Positions 20,148 through 29,653 are shown, numbered from the stretch's first letter. The stretch is 64,000 nt of DNA from an uncultured Methanosarcinales archaeon (GCA_964577685.1 CAZNZT010000001.1:47978-111977), one strand, 5' to 3'. Numbers and translations: made by a program. The notes: a model not told the origin generated them from the sequence alone.

Positions 20148-20729
20148 CTAAAGAAAAAGGGTTATTATCTCGCCTACAAATCCAGAAAAAAGAGGAACAA
20201 ACAAGTTATCTTCCAATTCACTGAGAAAAGTTTCTACAATAGTTGCTGTTAGAGCCATTCCAATGATTGTATATATGTTTGTAATCAGAAAAATACCAAC
20301 AACTAGGTTTACTACTAACTCTGTAAGGCAACCAACAAGGGTTTTATTCTTGAATATTAATGTTTCTCCAAATTTTGTCCCTATAATAGCAGCCGACATA
20401 TCTCCTAGGGCCGTCATTAAAAGAGCAGCTAAAGCTATTCTAAAATCAAAAACAGCTAAACAAATAATTGTGGCTGTTAAGAAATATATTGCAGCACTCA
20501 TCCTAGTCGCTTCTTTTGCTCTGATAAGTTGTTTTACTATCGGAAGTTCTATATTTAATTCTAATCTGATATATTCTATTATTAGTAGAATTAAAAGCAA
20601 AAAAACAAGGCTGATTAAGGCTATTTGCTTTGAAAAAGTTTTTTCTATAATTGAGTAGAAAATTAACACAAAAATGATTGTCATATGAAATGCCTTTCTT
20701 CTAATCTCATGTAGTAATGTCCATGCCAT
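20148..20729 (-). CDS. Polyprenol/dolichol-kinase-like integral membrane protein (COG0170-like)
   Basis: 193 aa, 6 TM helices. 'ALGDMSAAIIGTKFG' fits the D..A...G...G(K) CTP-dependent kinase motif. Confidence 0.4.
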   Translation of the reverse strand: MAWTLLHEIRRKAFHMTIIFVLIFYSIIEKTFSKQIALISLVFLLLILLIIEYIRLELNIELPIVKQLIRAKEATRMSAAIYFLTATIICLAVFDFRIALAALLMTALGDMSAAIIGTKFGETLIFKNKTLVGCLTELVVNLVVGIFLITNIYTIIGMALTATIVETFLSELEDNLFVPLFSGFVGEIITLFL

Positions 20730-20866
20730 AGTATTCCTAAGTATTTGGTCTGAGTTTATAAAATTTCTGATTTGGATTTAAATGTGCATTGCCTATTATT
20801 TTACAACAAGGTTACTAAAATGACAAATAGAAAGTTTTATATATTAATAATATCAGATTAGGGAAT

Positions 20867-21424
20867 ATGGTTAATCAATTTAGGGAAGTTATAGACTTTT
20901 TTGGAGAGATAGGATTATATGATGTTGTATTGCCATTTTTGTTGGTATTCACAATTGTTTTTGCTATTTTAGAAAAAACAAGAGTCTTTGGTACAGAAAC
21001 AATTGATGGAAAACAATATCCAAAAAAAAACTTAGATGCCATGGCTTCTTTTGTTATAGCATTTTTTGTTGTTGCTTCTTCAAAGCTTGTTGAGATAATA
21101 ACTACTGTATCTTCCTATACTGTGTTGTTATTGATGCTTTCTGTTTTGTTTTTATTGTTAGTTGGGTCTTTTATGAAAGAAGGAGAGGGTGTTTTCTTAC
21201 AAGGTGGTTGGAATACACTCTTCATGATTATTATGTTTGTTGGTATAATATTAATTTTTACATATGCAATAGGGTGGTGGGATACATTCTGGGATTATCT
21301 TAGATTCGGAAAGGGGACAGAGGTAACGGGTTCTATTATTTTACTTGTAATCATAATTATTTGTGTTTGGTATATCGTCCAAGGTGAAGGGAGTAAAGAA
21401 ACAAAAAAAGAAGAATCTAAATAA
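20867..21424 (+). CDS. Membrane protein, paralog 1 of a tandem triplet
   Basis: 185 aa. Conserved N-terminal 'DVVLPFLLVFTIVFAILEKTRVFG'. 4 TM helices and a Trp-rich segment 'GWWDTFWDY'. Confidence 0.5.
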   Translation: MVNQFREVIDFFGEIGLYDVVLPFLLVFTIVFAILEKTRVFGTETIDGKQYPKKNLDAMASFVIAFFVVASSKLVEIITTVSSYTVLLLMLSVLFLLLVGSFMKEGEGVFLQGGWNTLFMIIMFVGIILIFTYAIGWWDTFWDYLRFGKGTEVTGSIILLVIIIICVWYIVQGEGSKETKKEESK

Positions 21425-21436
21425 TGAGGTGTTAAA

Positions 21437-22039
21437 ATGGCTACTAGAGCGTATAATCTTGAAGAATTTATTAGGATATTAGATAGTTGGGGATTGACTG
21501 ATGTAATGTTGCCTTTTTTGCTGATATTTGTAGTGATATTTGCATTAATGGCAAAAACTAGGATATTAGGGGAGGATAAAAAGAAATATAATCTGGTTGT
21601 TGCTTTGGTGATATCTCTGTTAGTTGTTATACCCCATGTCTTGGATGTATATCCAGAAGGGGCAGATGTTGTAGAGATAATGAATGAAGCTTTGCCACAG
21701 GTTTCTCTTATTGCAGTAGCTGTTATAATGCTGCTTATATTGATAGGACTGTTTGGTGGAGAGGCTAGATGGATGGGCTCAAGCCTTAGTGGTTGGATTG
21801 CAATAGTTTCTTTTATAATAATCCTAGTAATTTTTGGAGGAGCAGCTGGATGGTGGGGAGACTGGAGTTGGTTTTATAATTTCTTTGGTGAAGAAACAGT
21901 TGCAATAGTAATAATGATATTGGTTTTTGCTATAATAGTTTGGTGGATAACTAGAGGGGAAGGTAAAGAAAAAGAATTAAACGCCTTATCACAGCTTGGC
22001 AAGTGGGTTGGAGATATGTTTGGTGGTAGTAAAAAGTAA
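21437..22039 (+). CDS. Membrane protein, paralog 2 of a tandem triplet
   Basis: 200 aa, 'DVMLPFLLIFVVIFALMAKTRILG', 'GWWGDWSWFYNFFG'. Confidence 0.5.
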   Translation: MATRAYNLEEFIRILDSWGLTDVMLPFLLIFVVIFALMAKTRILGEDKKKYNLVVALVISLLVVIPHVLDVYPEGADVVEIMNEALPQVSLIAVAVIMLLILIGLFGGEARWMGSSLSGWIAIVSFIIILVIFGGAAGWWGDWSWFYNFFGEETVAIVIMILVFAIIVWWITRGEGKEKELNALSQLGKWVGDMFGGSKK

Positions 22040-22041
22040 AA

Positions 22042-22551
22042 ATGGCTACCTTTTTAGATATAACAGCTTTAGAGCATTTTTCTAGTCTTTTTGTTTTTAT
22101 ATTTGTTTGGTTAGTTATTTTCGCAATTCTCTCCTATACAAAAATCTTAGGTGAGAATGTAGGTATTCAAATAGTTATTGGACTGATAATAGCTATTCTT
22201 ACTTTGTTTTCCCCTCTTGCTACAAAGATAATAGAAAATATCGCACCTTGGATAGCAGTTGTCTTTGTCTTTGCAATATTTGCTATAATTGCCGCAAAAA
22301 TGTTTGGTGTGAGTGAGGCAGAAGAGTTGGGTTCTTTAAAATTGATAACATTAATAGTGGTAATGCTTATTATTGTTGTTGGTGTATTAAGCTACATAAG
22401 AGGAGAAATATCTGTGCCTGAAGAAGAAGGAGATATAGATTACAGCAAACCGAGCATTATATTATTTCATCCTAAGGTGATGGGTGCTTTGTTTATTCTA
22501 ATCGTAGCTATATTTGCTATTGTACTTATGGCTGGAAAGCAGTATGTTTAA
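22042..22551 (+). CDS. Membrane protein, paralog 3 of a tandem triplet
   Basis: 169 aa, 'LFVFIFVWLVIFAILSYTKILG'. Starts 3 nt after the paralog 2 stop. Confidence 0.45.
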   Translation: MATFLDITALEHFSSLFVFIFVWLVIFAILSYTKILGENVGIQIVIGLIIAILTLFSPLATKIIENIAPWIAVVFVFAIFAIIAAKMFGVSEAEELGSLKLITLIVVMLIIVVGVLSYIRGEISVPEEEGDIDYSKPSIILFHPKVMGALFILIVAIFAIVLMAGKQYV

Positions 22552-22553
22552 GT

Positions 22554-23177
22554 TCACTTTTTCTTTGTCTTTTGATTAGACTTTATCTTTTGGTCAGACA
22601 TCCTTTGTAGTTTATTGACAGAATCCGTTAAAGAAGGTAGAATCTTAGAAAAAACCTGTTCCATTGCCTTTATCTCTGTCCCAACATTAGTAAGGTGCTC
22701 GTCATATTCCGATATCTTCCCAAGTACGCCTTTATGTAAAGAGTCAAAGTTTGATTTTAGATTGTTTATTTGTTCTTGAATTTTGGTTATTTCAGTAGCA
22801 ACTTGTTCCTTCCATTCAAGAAGTTTATCAATTTCCTTTTTTGCCTCATTCCATTTTTCCTCTACTATTGCCTCTGTCACCTCTTGAATCTCTTCTCTTC
22901 CTACTCCTGTCCCTGGTTGCTGTTGAGGTGGGTACTCTGACGGAACTTCCTGTTCTACTGCTATATTTGCCTGTGGCGGATATTGGAATTGAGGTTGTGG
23001 CTGCTGAGGAAATGGTTGGTACGGCTGTTCTGGAGGATAATCCTGATAATTACCTGGCGGGGTTCCAGAAGTCGGTGGAGGGGTCCCAGAACCAGCAGGA
23101 GGATAATCAAATGACGGGGGTGGTGGCTCTTGAGGAGTATCTGTTGTTTTCTTTTTGCCAAACCCCAAAAAGGCCAT
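22554..23177 (-). CDS. Pro/Gln-rich N-terminal low-complexity plus C-terminal coiled-coil protein
   Basis: 207 aa. 'PPPPSFDYPPAGSGTPPPTSGTPPGNYQDYPPEQPYQPFPQQPQPQFQYPPQ' is followed by the heptad coiled coil 'EKWNEAKKEIDKLLEWKEQVATEITKIQEQINNLK'. The encoding DNA is locally GC-rich. Confidence 0.5.
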   Translation of the reverse strand: MAFLGFGKKKTTDTPQEPPPPSFDYPPAGSGTPPPTSGTPPGNYQDYPPEQPYQPFPQQPQPQFQYPPQANIAVEQEVPSEYPPQQQPGTGVGREEIQEVTEAIVEEKWNEAKKEIDKLLEWKEQVATEITKIQEQINNLKSNFDSLHKGVLGKISEYDEHLTNVGTEIKAMEQVFSKILPSLTDSVNKLQRMSDQKIKSNQKTKKK

Positions 23178-23241
23178 TCTAGCACCTCTTTTTTATATTC
23201 TTACTTTTATATTTTTAATAATCCCCTTTATATAAATATTT

Positions 23242-23676
23242 CTATTTATCTTTTTCTAGTTTTGCTCCTATTGTTTCTTGGATTACTTCTTGAAGCTCAT
23301 TATGCGTAACAAAATTTAAGGGCTGCCACAATTCAATGTATCTCTGTAAGGTTTTAACATCTTCTTTTTTTGCGAATGAGCCAAGCTCCTTTATTATTAA
23401 TATTATCTTATCCTTGAGTTCTTCTACATCTCTTTTCAATTCGCTTATATCTGATAAGATGGTTTTTATTTCTGTACTCAGAGTTTTATTCTTTCTTATC
23501 ATGTTTTCCTCTGTTATTTTTGTTGCTGTTCGTAAATTTGTATATCTCTCTTCTAGTATCCTTATCCTATCTATTAGACTATTTAATCGTTCTGAAAAAT
23601 CAGAACTCCCTACACCGGGTTTTTTGTTTTTTGATATTAATTTTTTTTGTGGAGGTTTAATTGAAAATTGAACCAT
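23242..23676 (-). CDS. Coiled-coil protein, unknown function
   Basis: 144 aa with heptad repeats ('LIDRIRILEERYTNLRTATK', 'ISELKRDVEELKDKIILIIKEL'). Confidence 0.4.
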   Translation of the reverse strand: MVQFSIKPPQKKLISKNKKPGVGSSDFSERLNSLIDRIRILEERYTNLRTATKITEENMIRKNKTLSTEIKTILSDISELKRDVEELKDKIILIIKELGSFAKKEDVKTLQRYIELWQPLNFVTHNELQEVIQETIGAKLEKDK

Positions 23677-23732
23677 ACAGATATTGAAAAAAGATGTTAA
23701 TATAAAGTTATGTTAGTATTCCCTAGTAGTCT

Positions 23733-24047
23733 TTATCTCAGACGCTGACCACAAAAGTAACAGAAATTCTCATTCCCTCTTAAGGGTGTCCTACACCTAG
23801 GACAATAGCCCAAATGGTTCTTAACGTTTTGGGGTTTATTACCAATATATCCTAGCTCACCTTTAGTTTCTTTTTTTCTATTTATAAACCAGATTAATAT
23901 TTTTGCTATCCCTATCACTAAAAAAAGATAACCAACGAGAACAAAAAACCTTAATCTTCCAGAACCAATTTTGTTTTCTACGTAGTGTGTATAGAATAAA
24001 ACAACAATACCAACTGTCAAGTAAAAAGCTCCATGTATCTTAACCAT
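23733..24047 (-). CDS. Membrane protein with C-terminal zinc ribbon
   Basis: 104 aa, two TM helices, then 'GYCPRCRTPLRGNENFCYFCGQRL'. Confidence 0.45.
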   Translation of the reverse strand: MVKIHGAFYLTVGIVVLFYTHYVENKIGSGRLRFFVLVGYLFLVIGIAKILIWFINRKKETKGELGYIGNKPQNVKNHLGYCPRCRTPLRGNENFCYFCGQRLR

Positions 24048-24048
24048 T

Positions 24049-25329
24049 TTATTTGCCGATAATTCGGATATTGCCCATGTATGGTTGTAATGCCTTCGGG
24101 ATGGCTATGCTGCCATCTTTCTGTTGATAGTTTTCTATAATTGCTTTGATTGTTCTTCCTGTTGCAATCGCTGTTGAATTTAAAGTATGAACATAGTCCT
24201 TTTCATTCCCTTTTTTATACCTTATATTTAATCTTACTGCCTGATAACTCGTACAATTTGAACAAGAAACTACTTCTTTGTAGGCTTTTTCTCTTGGCAT
24301 ATAAACTTCCAAATCATATTTTTTTGATGCTACAGTCCCTATATCACCTGTGCATATATTAACTACCCTATATGGTAATTTCAATTTTTGGAAAAGCACT
24401 TCCGCATTTTTTATTAGCTCTTCATGAAATTCCCAGCTTTCTTCTGGTTTACAAAAGATAAACTGCTCCACCTTATTGAATTGGTGAACACGGAAGAGTC
24501 CTTTCTCATCTATGCCATGGCTTCCGATTTCTTTTCTAAAACAGGAACTTACACCACAAAACTTTAAGGGAAGTTCTTCTTCATCAAATACCTTACCCAT
24601 CATCATTGCTCCGATTGGGTGCTCTGATGTGGCTATTAAAAAAAGGTCTTCATTTTCACCCTCTACCTTGTACATCATTGTCTCAAAATCCTTCAAATCT
24701 GTAACACCCTCATAAGGTTTGCGTCTTAACATAAGTGGAGGTTCAATTAGTTTATATCCTTTCTTTATTAGGGAATCTATAGCAAACCGTTGTAATGCTA
24801 AGTCCATTAAGGCCAACTCACCTAGTAGATAATAAAAACCCCTCCCAGATACCTTAACAGCGGAACTGAAGTTTGCTAGTCCTAGCTTCTCTATCAATTC
24901 ACCATGTGGTTTTAATTCAAAGTAAAATTTAGGGATCTCTCCCCATTTCCTTATTACCTTATTATCTGATTCATCTTTACCAACGGGAACAGAATCATGA
25001 AGAATATTGGGCAAACGCATTAAATAGAATGTTATCCTTTCCTTTAGTTTTGCTATCTTTTCCTCACATTCTTTAATTTTTTTTGGTAATTCTTTTGCCT
25101 CCTTTATTTTTTTTGTTATATCCCTTCCTTGTTTTTTTAATTGATTTATTTCCTCGGTTATTAGGTTTCTCTTATGCCTCAATTCCTGATTCACTTGCAA
25201 TAGTTTCCTGTATTCTTTATCTTTTTTTATCAAATCATTAAGCCATTGTACCTTCTCCCTGTCTTGTCTCTTTTCCAGATTTTTTCTTACAATTTCTGGA
25301 TTCTCCCTGACAAACTTTATGTCTAACAT
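24049..25329 (-). CDS. serS: Seryl-tRNA synthetase
   Basis: 426 aa. N-terminal coiled coil 'MLDIKFVRENPEIVRKNLEKRQD'. Class II motifs 'FRKEIGSHGIDEKGLFRVHQFNKVEQF' and 'GRTIKAIIENYQ'. Confidence 0.85.
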   Translation of the reverse strand: MLDIKFVRENPEIVRKNLEKRQDREKVQWLNDLIKKDKEYRKLLQVNQELRHKRNLITEEINQLKKQGRDITKKIKEAKELPKKIKECEEKIAKLKERITFYLMRLPNILHDSVPVGKDESDNKVIRKWGEIPKFYFELKPHGELIEKLGLANFSSAVKVSGRGFYYLLGELALMDLALQRFAIDSLIKKGYKLIEPPLMLRRKPYEGVTDLKDFETMMYKVEGENEDLFLIATSEHPIGAMMMGKVFDEEELPLKFCGVSSCFRKEIGSHGIDEKGLFRVHQFNKVEQFIFCKPEESWEFHEELIKNAEVLFQKLKLPYRVVNICTGDIGTVASKKYDLEVYMPREKAYKEVVSCSNCTSYQAVRLNIRYKKGNEKDYVHTLNSTAIATGRTIKAIIENYQQKDGSIAIPKALQPYMGNIRIIGK

Positions 25330-25443
25330 ATAAGCTGTTTAATTGGATTCTGTTTATATATTTTTCTTATATAAAAAGTACAATAGAAGAAAATAGAAAT
25401 ATTTAAATATATGTAATAGCAAGGGTTTATTACATATACAAAA

Positions 25444-26094
25444 ATGGATATTAGCTGTATAGTAGATAGATTAAACATAACACAGCATCCCTACACGAGG
25501 ATTAATGAATTCTTGAATGGGATATTAACAAGGATTACAGCTCCAATACAAGATGGGGGCTTAGGGTATGATATGGCTCTTTTCTTTTGGCACCAACCTG
25601 TAAGAACAGGCAGACTAAATACGGATGTGTTTGCTTACTATACAGGAAGAGCCCAGATTTGCTCACGAGGAGGAATTGAATCAGCAGAGGAATCCAATAC
25701 TAAAAGGAGATTGGATGAGGTATTAGGTGGTTTATATGTTACTGCAAGTGAGTCCCAGAGTATAAAAGATATAATGGGGTATTTAAAAATAGGGCTTTCT
25801 CCTGAAGAGGAAACATATATGCTTCGCCCTCAAGACCCTGTTCTCTCATTAATAGGAGAAAAAGTTCAGCTAGATGGGCTAGAGGGTGCTGTTGTTCCAT
25901 TTGGAGATGAGCATCCCCCATATGGTATTGTAATAGTAGTTAGTTATTCTGGAGGGAATGGGGTAAGGGGAAATTTAGGAAGCCTTGTTGGACTATTATA
26001 TAAAGCACAATCAATTATGCCTCATTTCAGAGATAGAAAAGAAATACCTCCAGAAATACTTGAACCTATTTTTCAGCCCCTAGGGGTTTCTTAG
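25444..26094 (+). CDS. Hypothetical protein with composition atypical for this window (Lys-poor, Gly/Leu/Pro-rich)
   Basis: 216-aa uninterrupted ORF. Codons still end mostly in A/T, as in the host. I recognise no motif. Confidence 0.35.
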   Translation: MDISCIVDRLNITQHPYTRINEFLNGILTRITAPIQDGGLGYDMALFFWHQPVRTGRLNTDVFAYYTGRAQICSRGGIESAEESNTKRRLDEVLGGLYVTASESQSIKDIMGYLKIGLSPEEETYMLRPQDPVLSLIGEKVQLDGLEGAVVPFGDEHPPYGIVIVVSYSGGNGVRGNLGSLVGLLYKAQSIMPHFRDRKEIPPEILEPIFQPLGVS

Positions 26095-26107
26095 CTTTTA
26101 GAAGTTT

Positions 26108-26323
26108 TTATCTTATTTCTACTAATTTTATTCTTGATTTTGGATTCTTAATTTTTATAGAGTTAGGTAATACATTAAAATATTTTGAAAGAAGGTTTAT
26201 AAGTTCTATATTTGCTCTGTTATTTTCTGCTTTTTCTTTTAGTCTAACCTCAAATTCAGTATTAGAAATCTTAGTAATGGTTGTTTTTTTAGACCTTGGC
26301 TTAACCTTTACTTTTATTATCAT
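26108..26323 (-). CDS. DUF167 (YggU-like) small protein
   Basis: 71 aa, 'MIIKVKVKPRSKKTTITKI...FEVRLKEKAENNRANIELINLLSKYFNV' matches the DUF167 pattern. Confidence 0.5.
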   Translation of the reverse strand: MIIKVKVKPRSKKTTITKISNTEFEVRLKEKAENNRANIELINLLSKYFNVLPNSIKIKNPKSRIKLVEIR

Positions 26324-26327
26324 TTAC

Positions 26328-28142
26328 TCACTGTGCTTTTAAAGTTATGTCTTCCCCATTATTATAGGCCATCACCAATGTTCTGCCTATAGGACTATTT
26401 TTTTTTATTTTTATTGTGCCAGTAGAACCTGCCTTGACTCTCACAAGAAATTCGTTATTTACATATATGCCTATGTCCTTATTTTGGTTCTCTATGTTTG
26501 TTGTAAATATTATTGAACTTTTTTTTATTCTAATATCAAAAGGAATAACTCTTGTCTCTTCTTTTTCTGTTCTGCTTCTTTCTAATGGTTGAATATCAAT
26601 CCCTATGTTAAGCTTTCTTTCAATTGTTTCAATTTTTCTACCATTTCTCCCTATTATCTTGGGTATATCCTTGTTGGGAATATAAACAATTGCCTTTGTA
26701 TCTGAGATTAGCTCTACTTTTACATTACTACAATACCTCATAAACTCCCTTTCAATAGAACTTGCTGCTAATTTATGCACCCCTGTTTTAGGTGTTTGCT
26801 GTACTGGAACAACAACAGTTTGCTCACCATAGGTATATATCTCATATTCAAGCTTATTTGTTTCAAAATCATTAACTACTACTACAGGTCTAGCTAAATC
26901 GGCTTCTGTCATTCCTGTTGGGACCTTCACAACAATCTTCAATGACAACACTTTTTCTATTTGACCATTCTTTATAAAGACAACAGTATCAATAACCTGA
27001 GGTATTACACCCATTTCTATCCTGCCGATGAATCTTTGTATTGCATCTATCGGATTTGTGGCATGAACCACTCCAACCATTCCAACCCCAGCAAGCCTCA
27101 TGTCTGCAAACAATTTAAAATCTTCTGTATTACGCATTTCATCAAAGATTGTATAATCCGGTCTTGATAACAGCAATATATCATGAATCTCCTGAGCATC
27201 TCCGTGAGAGATTGCATATTGAGTTATGGTGTCTGGCAGAATTAGGTCTCTTGGAGCCTCAACTGTTTTTATTGTTTTGTTTTTTGAAGCGTAATATTCT
27301 GCAAGTGCTTGTGCAAAGGTAGATTTTCCCATGCCGGGGGAACCAGCTACCAATATGCCCTCTGCTTGTTCTGCTATTCTTTTTTTGAGTTTTTCGCTTA
27401 GCTTGTAGTCATCAAGTATTAACCTCTTTATTGGCCTAACAGCTGTAATCTCCCAACCGTCTGAGAATGGTGGCTTTGTTATTACAATCCTATACTTTCC
27501 TAACTGCACAATAGTGGACCCTTCCCTTTCTATCTCTATAAACCCATCTTTCCTTAGTTTTGCATCTTCTATAATCTCCCTAGAAATCTCTTGGACTTCT
27601 TCTTGTTTTAATGGTTCATCTCTGAGTTTAGTAAATTCCCATGAGCCAGGAAATCCTCTTTTTGCGTATGGAACAACATTTTCTTTTAGATGGACAGACA
27701 TTGTTGTGTCATCAAAATATTCTTCTAACTTTAGTTTTCTGATTGCTGACTCTGGTTTGAAGTATATACATTTAATACCTCTTGCCAGTGCTACTTCTGC
27801 CTGAACTTTATCAGAAGTCATTAGTGTTGCATCTTCCTCATATGCGAGCTGTCTTATCAATGAATCTATCTCTCCTAAAGAGGCATTTCTTATTTCAATT
27901 GCTTTTGGTCTTTGGCCAGAAAATATCAATTCAATATTTTTTAGCTCTCTTAATCTTTTTATCTCATCCAAACCAAGAAATCCAATTGCTTTTCCTAAGT
28001 TCGCTTGATGCTCAAGCTCAGATAAGATTGCTTCATGGATTATTACTTGATTCGTCTTTAACTTTTTGGATTTTATTTTAGATGAAACAAGACCTTCTAT
28101 TATAACACTTGTGTCTGGAACAAGTTTTTCTATGAATTGCAT
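26328..28142 (-). CDS. PIN-domain / PilT-like ATPase / KH-domain protein (archaeal COG1855-type)
   Basis: 604 aa. N-terminal PIN ('VPDTSVIIEG'). P-loop 'VAGSPGMGKSTFAQALAEYYAS'. C-terminal KH 'KIIGRNGRKIETIERKLNIGIDI'. Confidence 0.7.
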   Translation of the reverse strand: MQFIEKLVPDTSVIIEGLVSSKIKSKKLKTNQVIIHEAILSELEHQANLGKAIGFLGLDEIKRLRELKNIELIFSGQRPKAIEIRNASLGEIDSLIRQLAYEEDATLMTSDKVQAEVALARGIKCIYFKPESAIRKLKLEEYFDDTTMSVHLKENVVPYAKRGFPGSWEFTKLRDEPLKQEEVQEISREIIEDAKLRKDGFIEIEREGSTIVQLGKYRIVITKPPFSDGWEITAVRPIKRLILDDYKLSEKLKKRIAEQAEGILVAGSPGMGKSTFAQALAEYYASKNKTIKTVEAPRDLILPDTITQYAISHGDAQEIHDILLLSRPDYTIFDEMRNTEDFKLFADMRLAGVGMVGVVHATNPIDAIQRFIGRIEMGVIPQVIDTVVFIKNGQIEKVLSLKIVVKVPTGMTEADLARPVVVVNDFETNKLEYEIYTYGEQTVVVPVQQTPKTGVHKLAASSIEREFMRYCSNVKVELISDTKAIVYIPNKDIPKIIGRNGRKIETIERKLNIGIDIQPLERSRTEKEETRVIPFDIRIKKSSIIFTTNIENQNKDIGIYVNNEFLVRVKAGSTGTIKIKKNSPIGRTLVMAYNNGEDITLKAQ

Positions 28143-28177
28143 AGGAAAATAGGAATATCTATTATTTTAAATAGGTT

Positions 28178-29296
28178 TTGATTAATTGCATAATATTTAA
28201 AAATATCAGGGGTTTAACTATAAATATGTCGCTCTTTAAGGACATGCTTGGTTCTGAGGAAAGCCTTTTTAAGGATGAGGTAGCTTTAGATTTTAGCTTC
28301 ATGCCCAAGATGATTCCATACAGGGAAGATTGCCAGAGAAGAATGGCTTATTGTATTAAACCGTTGTTCCAGAAAAGAAATGGAAAGAATCTTTTTATTT
28401 ATGGGGTTCCAGGGATAGGAAAGACCCTCGCATGTAGACATGTTCTTAAAGAACTAGAGGAAGAAACAGATGACATAATTCCAATATATATAAACTGCTG
28501 GCAGAAGAATACAACATTCAAGGTTATGATTGAGATATGTGAAATTCTTGGTTATAAACTAATCATGAATAAATCTTCTGATGAGTTGTTCAAAGATATA
28601 AGGAACATAATAAATAAGAAAGCAGCTGTTTTTGTCTTTGATGAAATAGACAAGGCAGATGACCTTGATTTTGTTTATTCTGTATTGGAGGAGATTTATA
28701 GGAAGACGATTTTTTTTGTAACAAACAGCAAAGAATGGTTGTACAATGTAGAAGAAAGGCTCAAGTCTAGATTAATGCTTGAAATGTTAGAATTCAAACC
28801 ATACAATTATGAAGAAACAAAGGGAATTCTAAGGCAAAGAATTGAGTATGCCTTTGTCCCAGGTGTTTTGAGTGATGAGGCTTTTAAATTAATATTAAAA
28901 AAGACAGTTGAGATAAAGGATATAAGATGTGGTTTATATATGCTAAGGGAAGCTGGCTTAAACGCAGAAAATAGGTCTTCCAAAAAGATAACTGCAGAAG
29001 ATGCAAGGATTGCTATAAAAAGGCTTGGAGATTATAATATATCAAAGGCTGAGAGATTAGAAGATGAATCGAAATTTATTCTTAATCTGATAAAGAATAA
29101 CAGCAATAAAAGGATGGGAGAGCTATACAAGATATATAAAGAGGTTGGTGGAAATTCATCCTACAGGACCTTTTTTAGAAAGATAAATAAATTGGCTGAC
29201 AATAACCTTGTTCTTCTTGAAAAAAAGAGTGGTGGAAAAGAAGGAAATACAACCATTGTAAGATATTTTGATAAATCTAAAGAGACCCAACATTAA
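28178..29296 (+). CDS. cdc6: Orc1/Cdc6 replication initiator (AAA+ plus winged helix). The true start may be the Met at 28226.
   Basis: 'LFKDEVALDFSFMPKMIPYREDCQRRMAYCIKP...LFIYGVPGIGKTLACRHVLKELEE' (Walker A) and 'VFVFDEID' (Walker B). C-terminal wH. Confidence 0.8.
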   Translation: MINCIIFKNIRGLTINMSLFKDMLGSEESLFKDEVALDFSFMPKMIPYREDCQRRMAYCIKPLFQKRNGKNLFIYGVPGIGKTLACRHVLKELEEETDDIIPIYINCWQKNTTFKVMIEICEILGYKLIMNKSSDELFKDIRNIINKKAAVFVFDEIDKADDLDFVYSVLEEIYRKTIFFVTNSKEWLYNVEERLKSRLMLEMLEFKPYNYEETKGILRQRIEYAFVPGVLSDEAFKLILKKTVEIKDIRCGLYMLREAGLNAENRSSKKITAEDARIAIKRLGDYNISKAERLEDESKFILNLIKNNSNKRMGELYKIYKEVGGNSSYRTFFRKINKLADNNLVLLEKKSGGKEGNTTIVRYFDKSKETQH

Positions 29297-29565
29297 TATC
29301 CTATCTCAAAATTAGAGAATTCATTTCTCGGTTCTTCATATTCTATCTTTATACCTATAACTTCAGCTGCTCTTGGTCCTATCTTGCAAAAATCTATTAG
29401 TTTATTTATCTTCTCTTCTTCACCTTCAGCAACAATCTCAACAGTTCCGTCAGGTAAATTTCTTACAAAACCACCCAATCCTAATTCGTTAGCTATCTTT
29501 TTCGTGTTATACCTAAAAAATACGCCCTGTACCCTACCAGAGATTATTATATGGACTCGTTTCAT
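29293..29565 (-). CDS. acyP: Acylphosphatase
   Basis: 90 aa, 'VHIIISGRVQGVFFRYNTKKIANELGLGGFVRNLPDGTVEIVAEG'. Confidence 0.8.
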   Translation of the reverse strand: MKRVHIIISGRVQGVFFRYNTKKIANELGLGGFVRNLPDGTVEIVAEGEEEKINKLIDFCKIGPRAAEVIGIKIEYEEPRNEFSNFEIGY

Positions 29566-29653
29566 TTATAATATTAGAAAAAATAATAACTTTTTAATTT
29601 TTTGTTTTTATTTTTAGAAAAATTATTTAATGGTCCAAAGATAACATAGGATT

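Noticed and set aside
25444-26094. Considered whether this GC-enriched block is a structured RNA (RNase P RNA or SRP RNA) rather than a protein.
   Set aside because: A 651-nt uninterrupted ORF is very unlikely by chance in an AT-rich genome where stop codons are frequent. I found no RNase P (GGAAAGUCCGGGC-type) or SRP helix-8 consensus. It is kept as a hypothetical CDS.
28143-28260. Looked for origin-recognition-box (ORB/mini-ORB) inverted repeats beside orc1/cdc6 to call a replication origin.
   Set aside because: The spacer to the divergent upstream gene is only 35-83 nt. The 'atagg'-type short repeats there do not match the ORB consensus, and no long AT-rich unwinding element flanked by inverted repeats is evident. 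The origin is probably elsewhere or not recognisable by eye.
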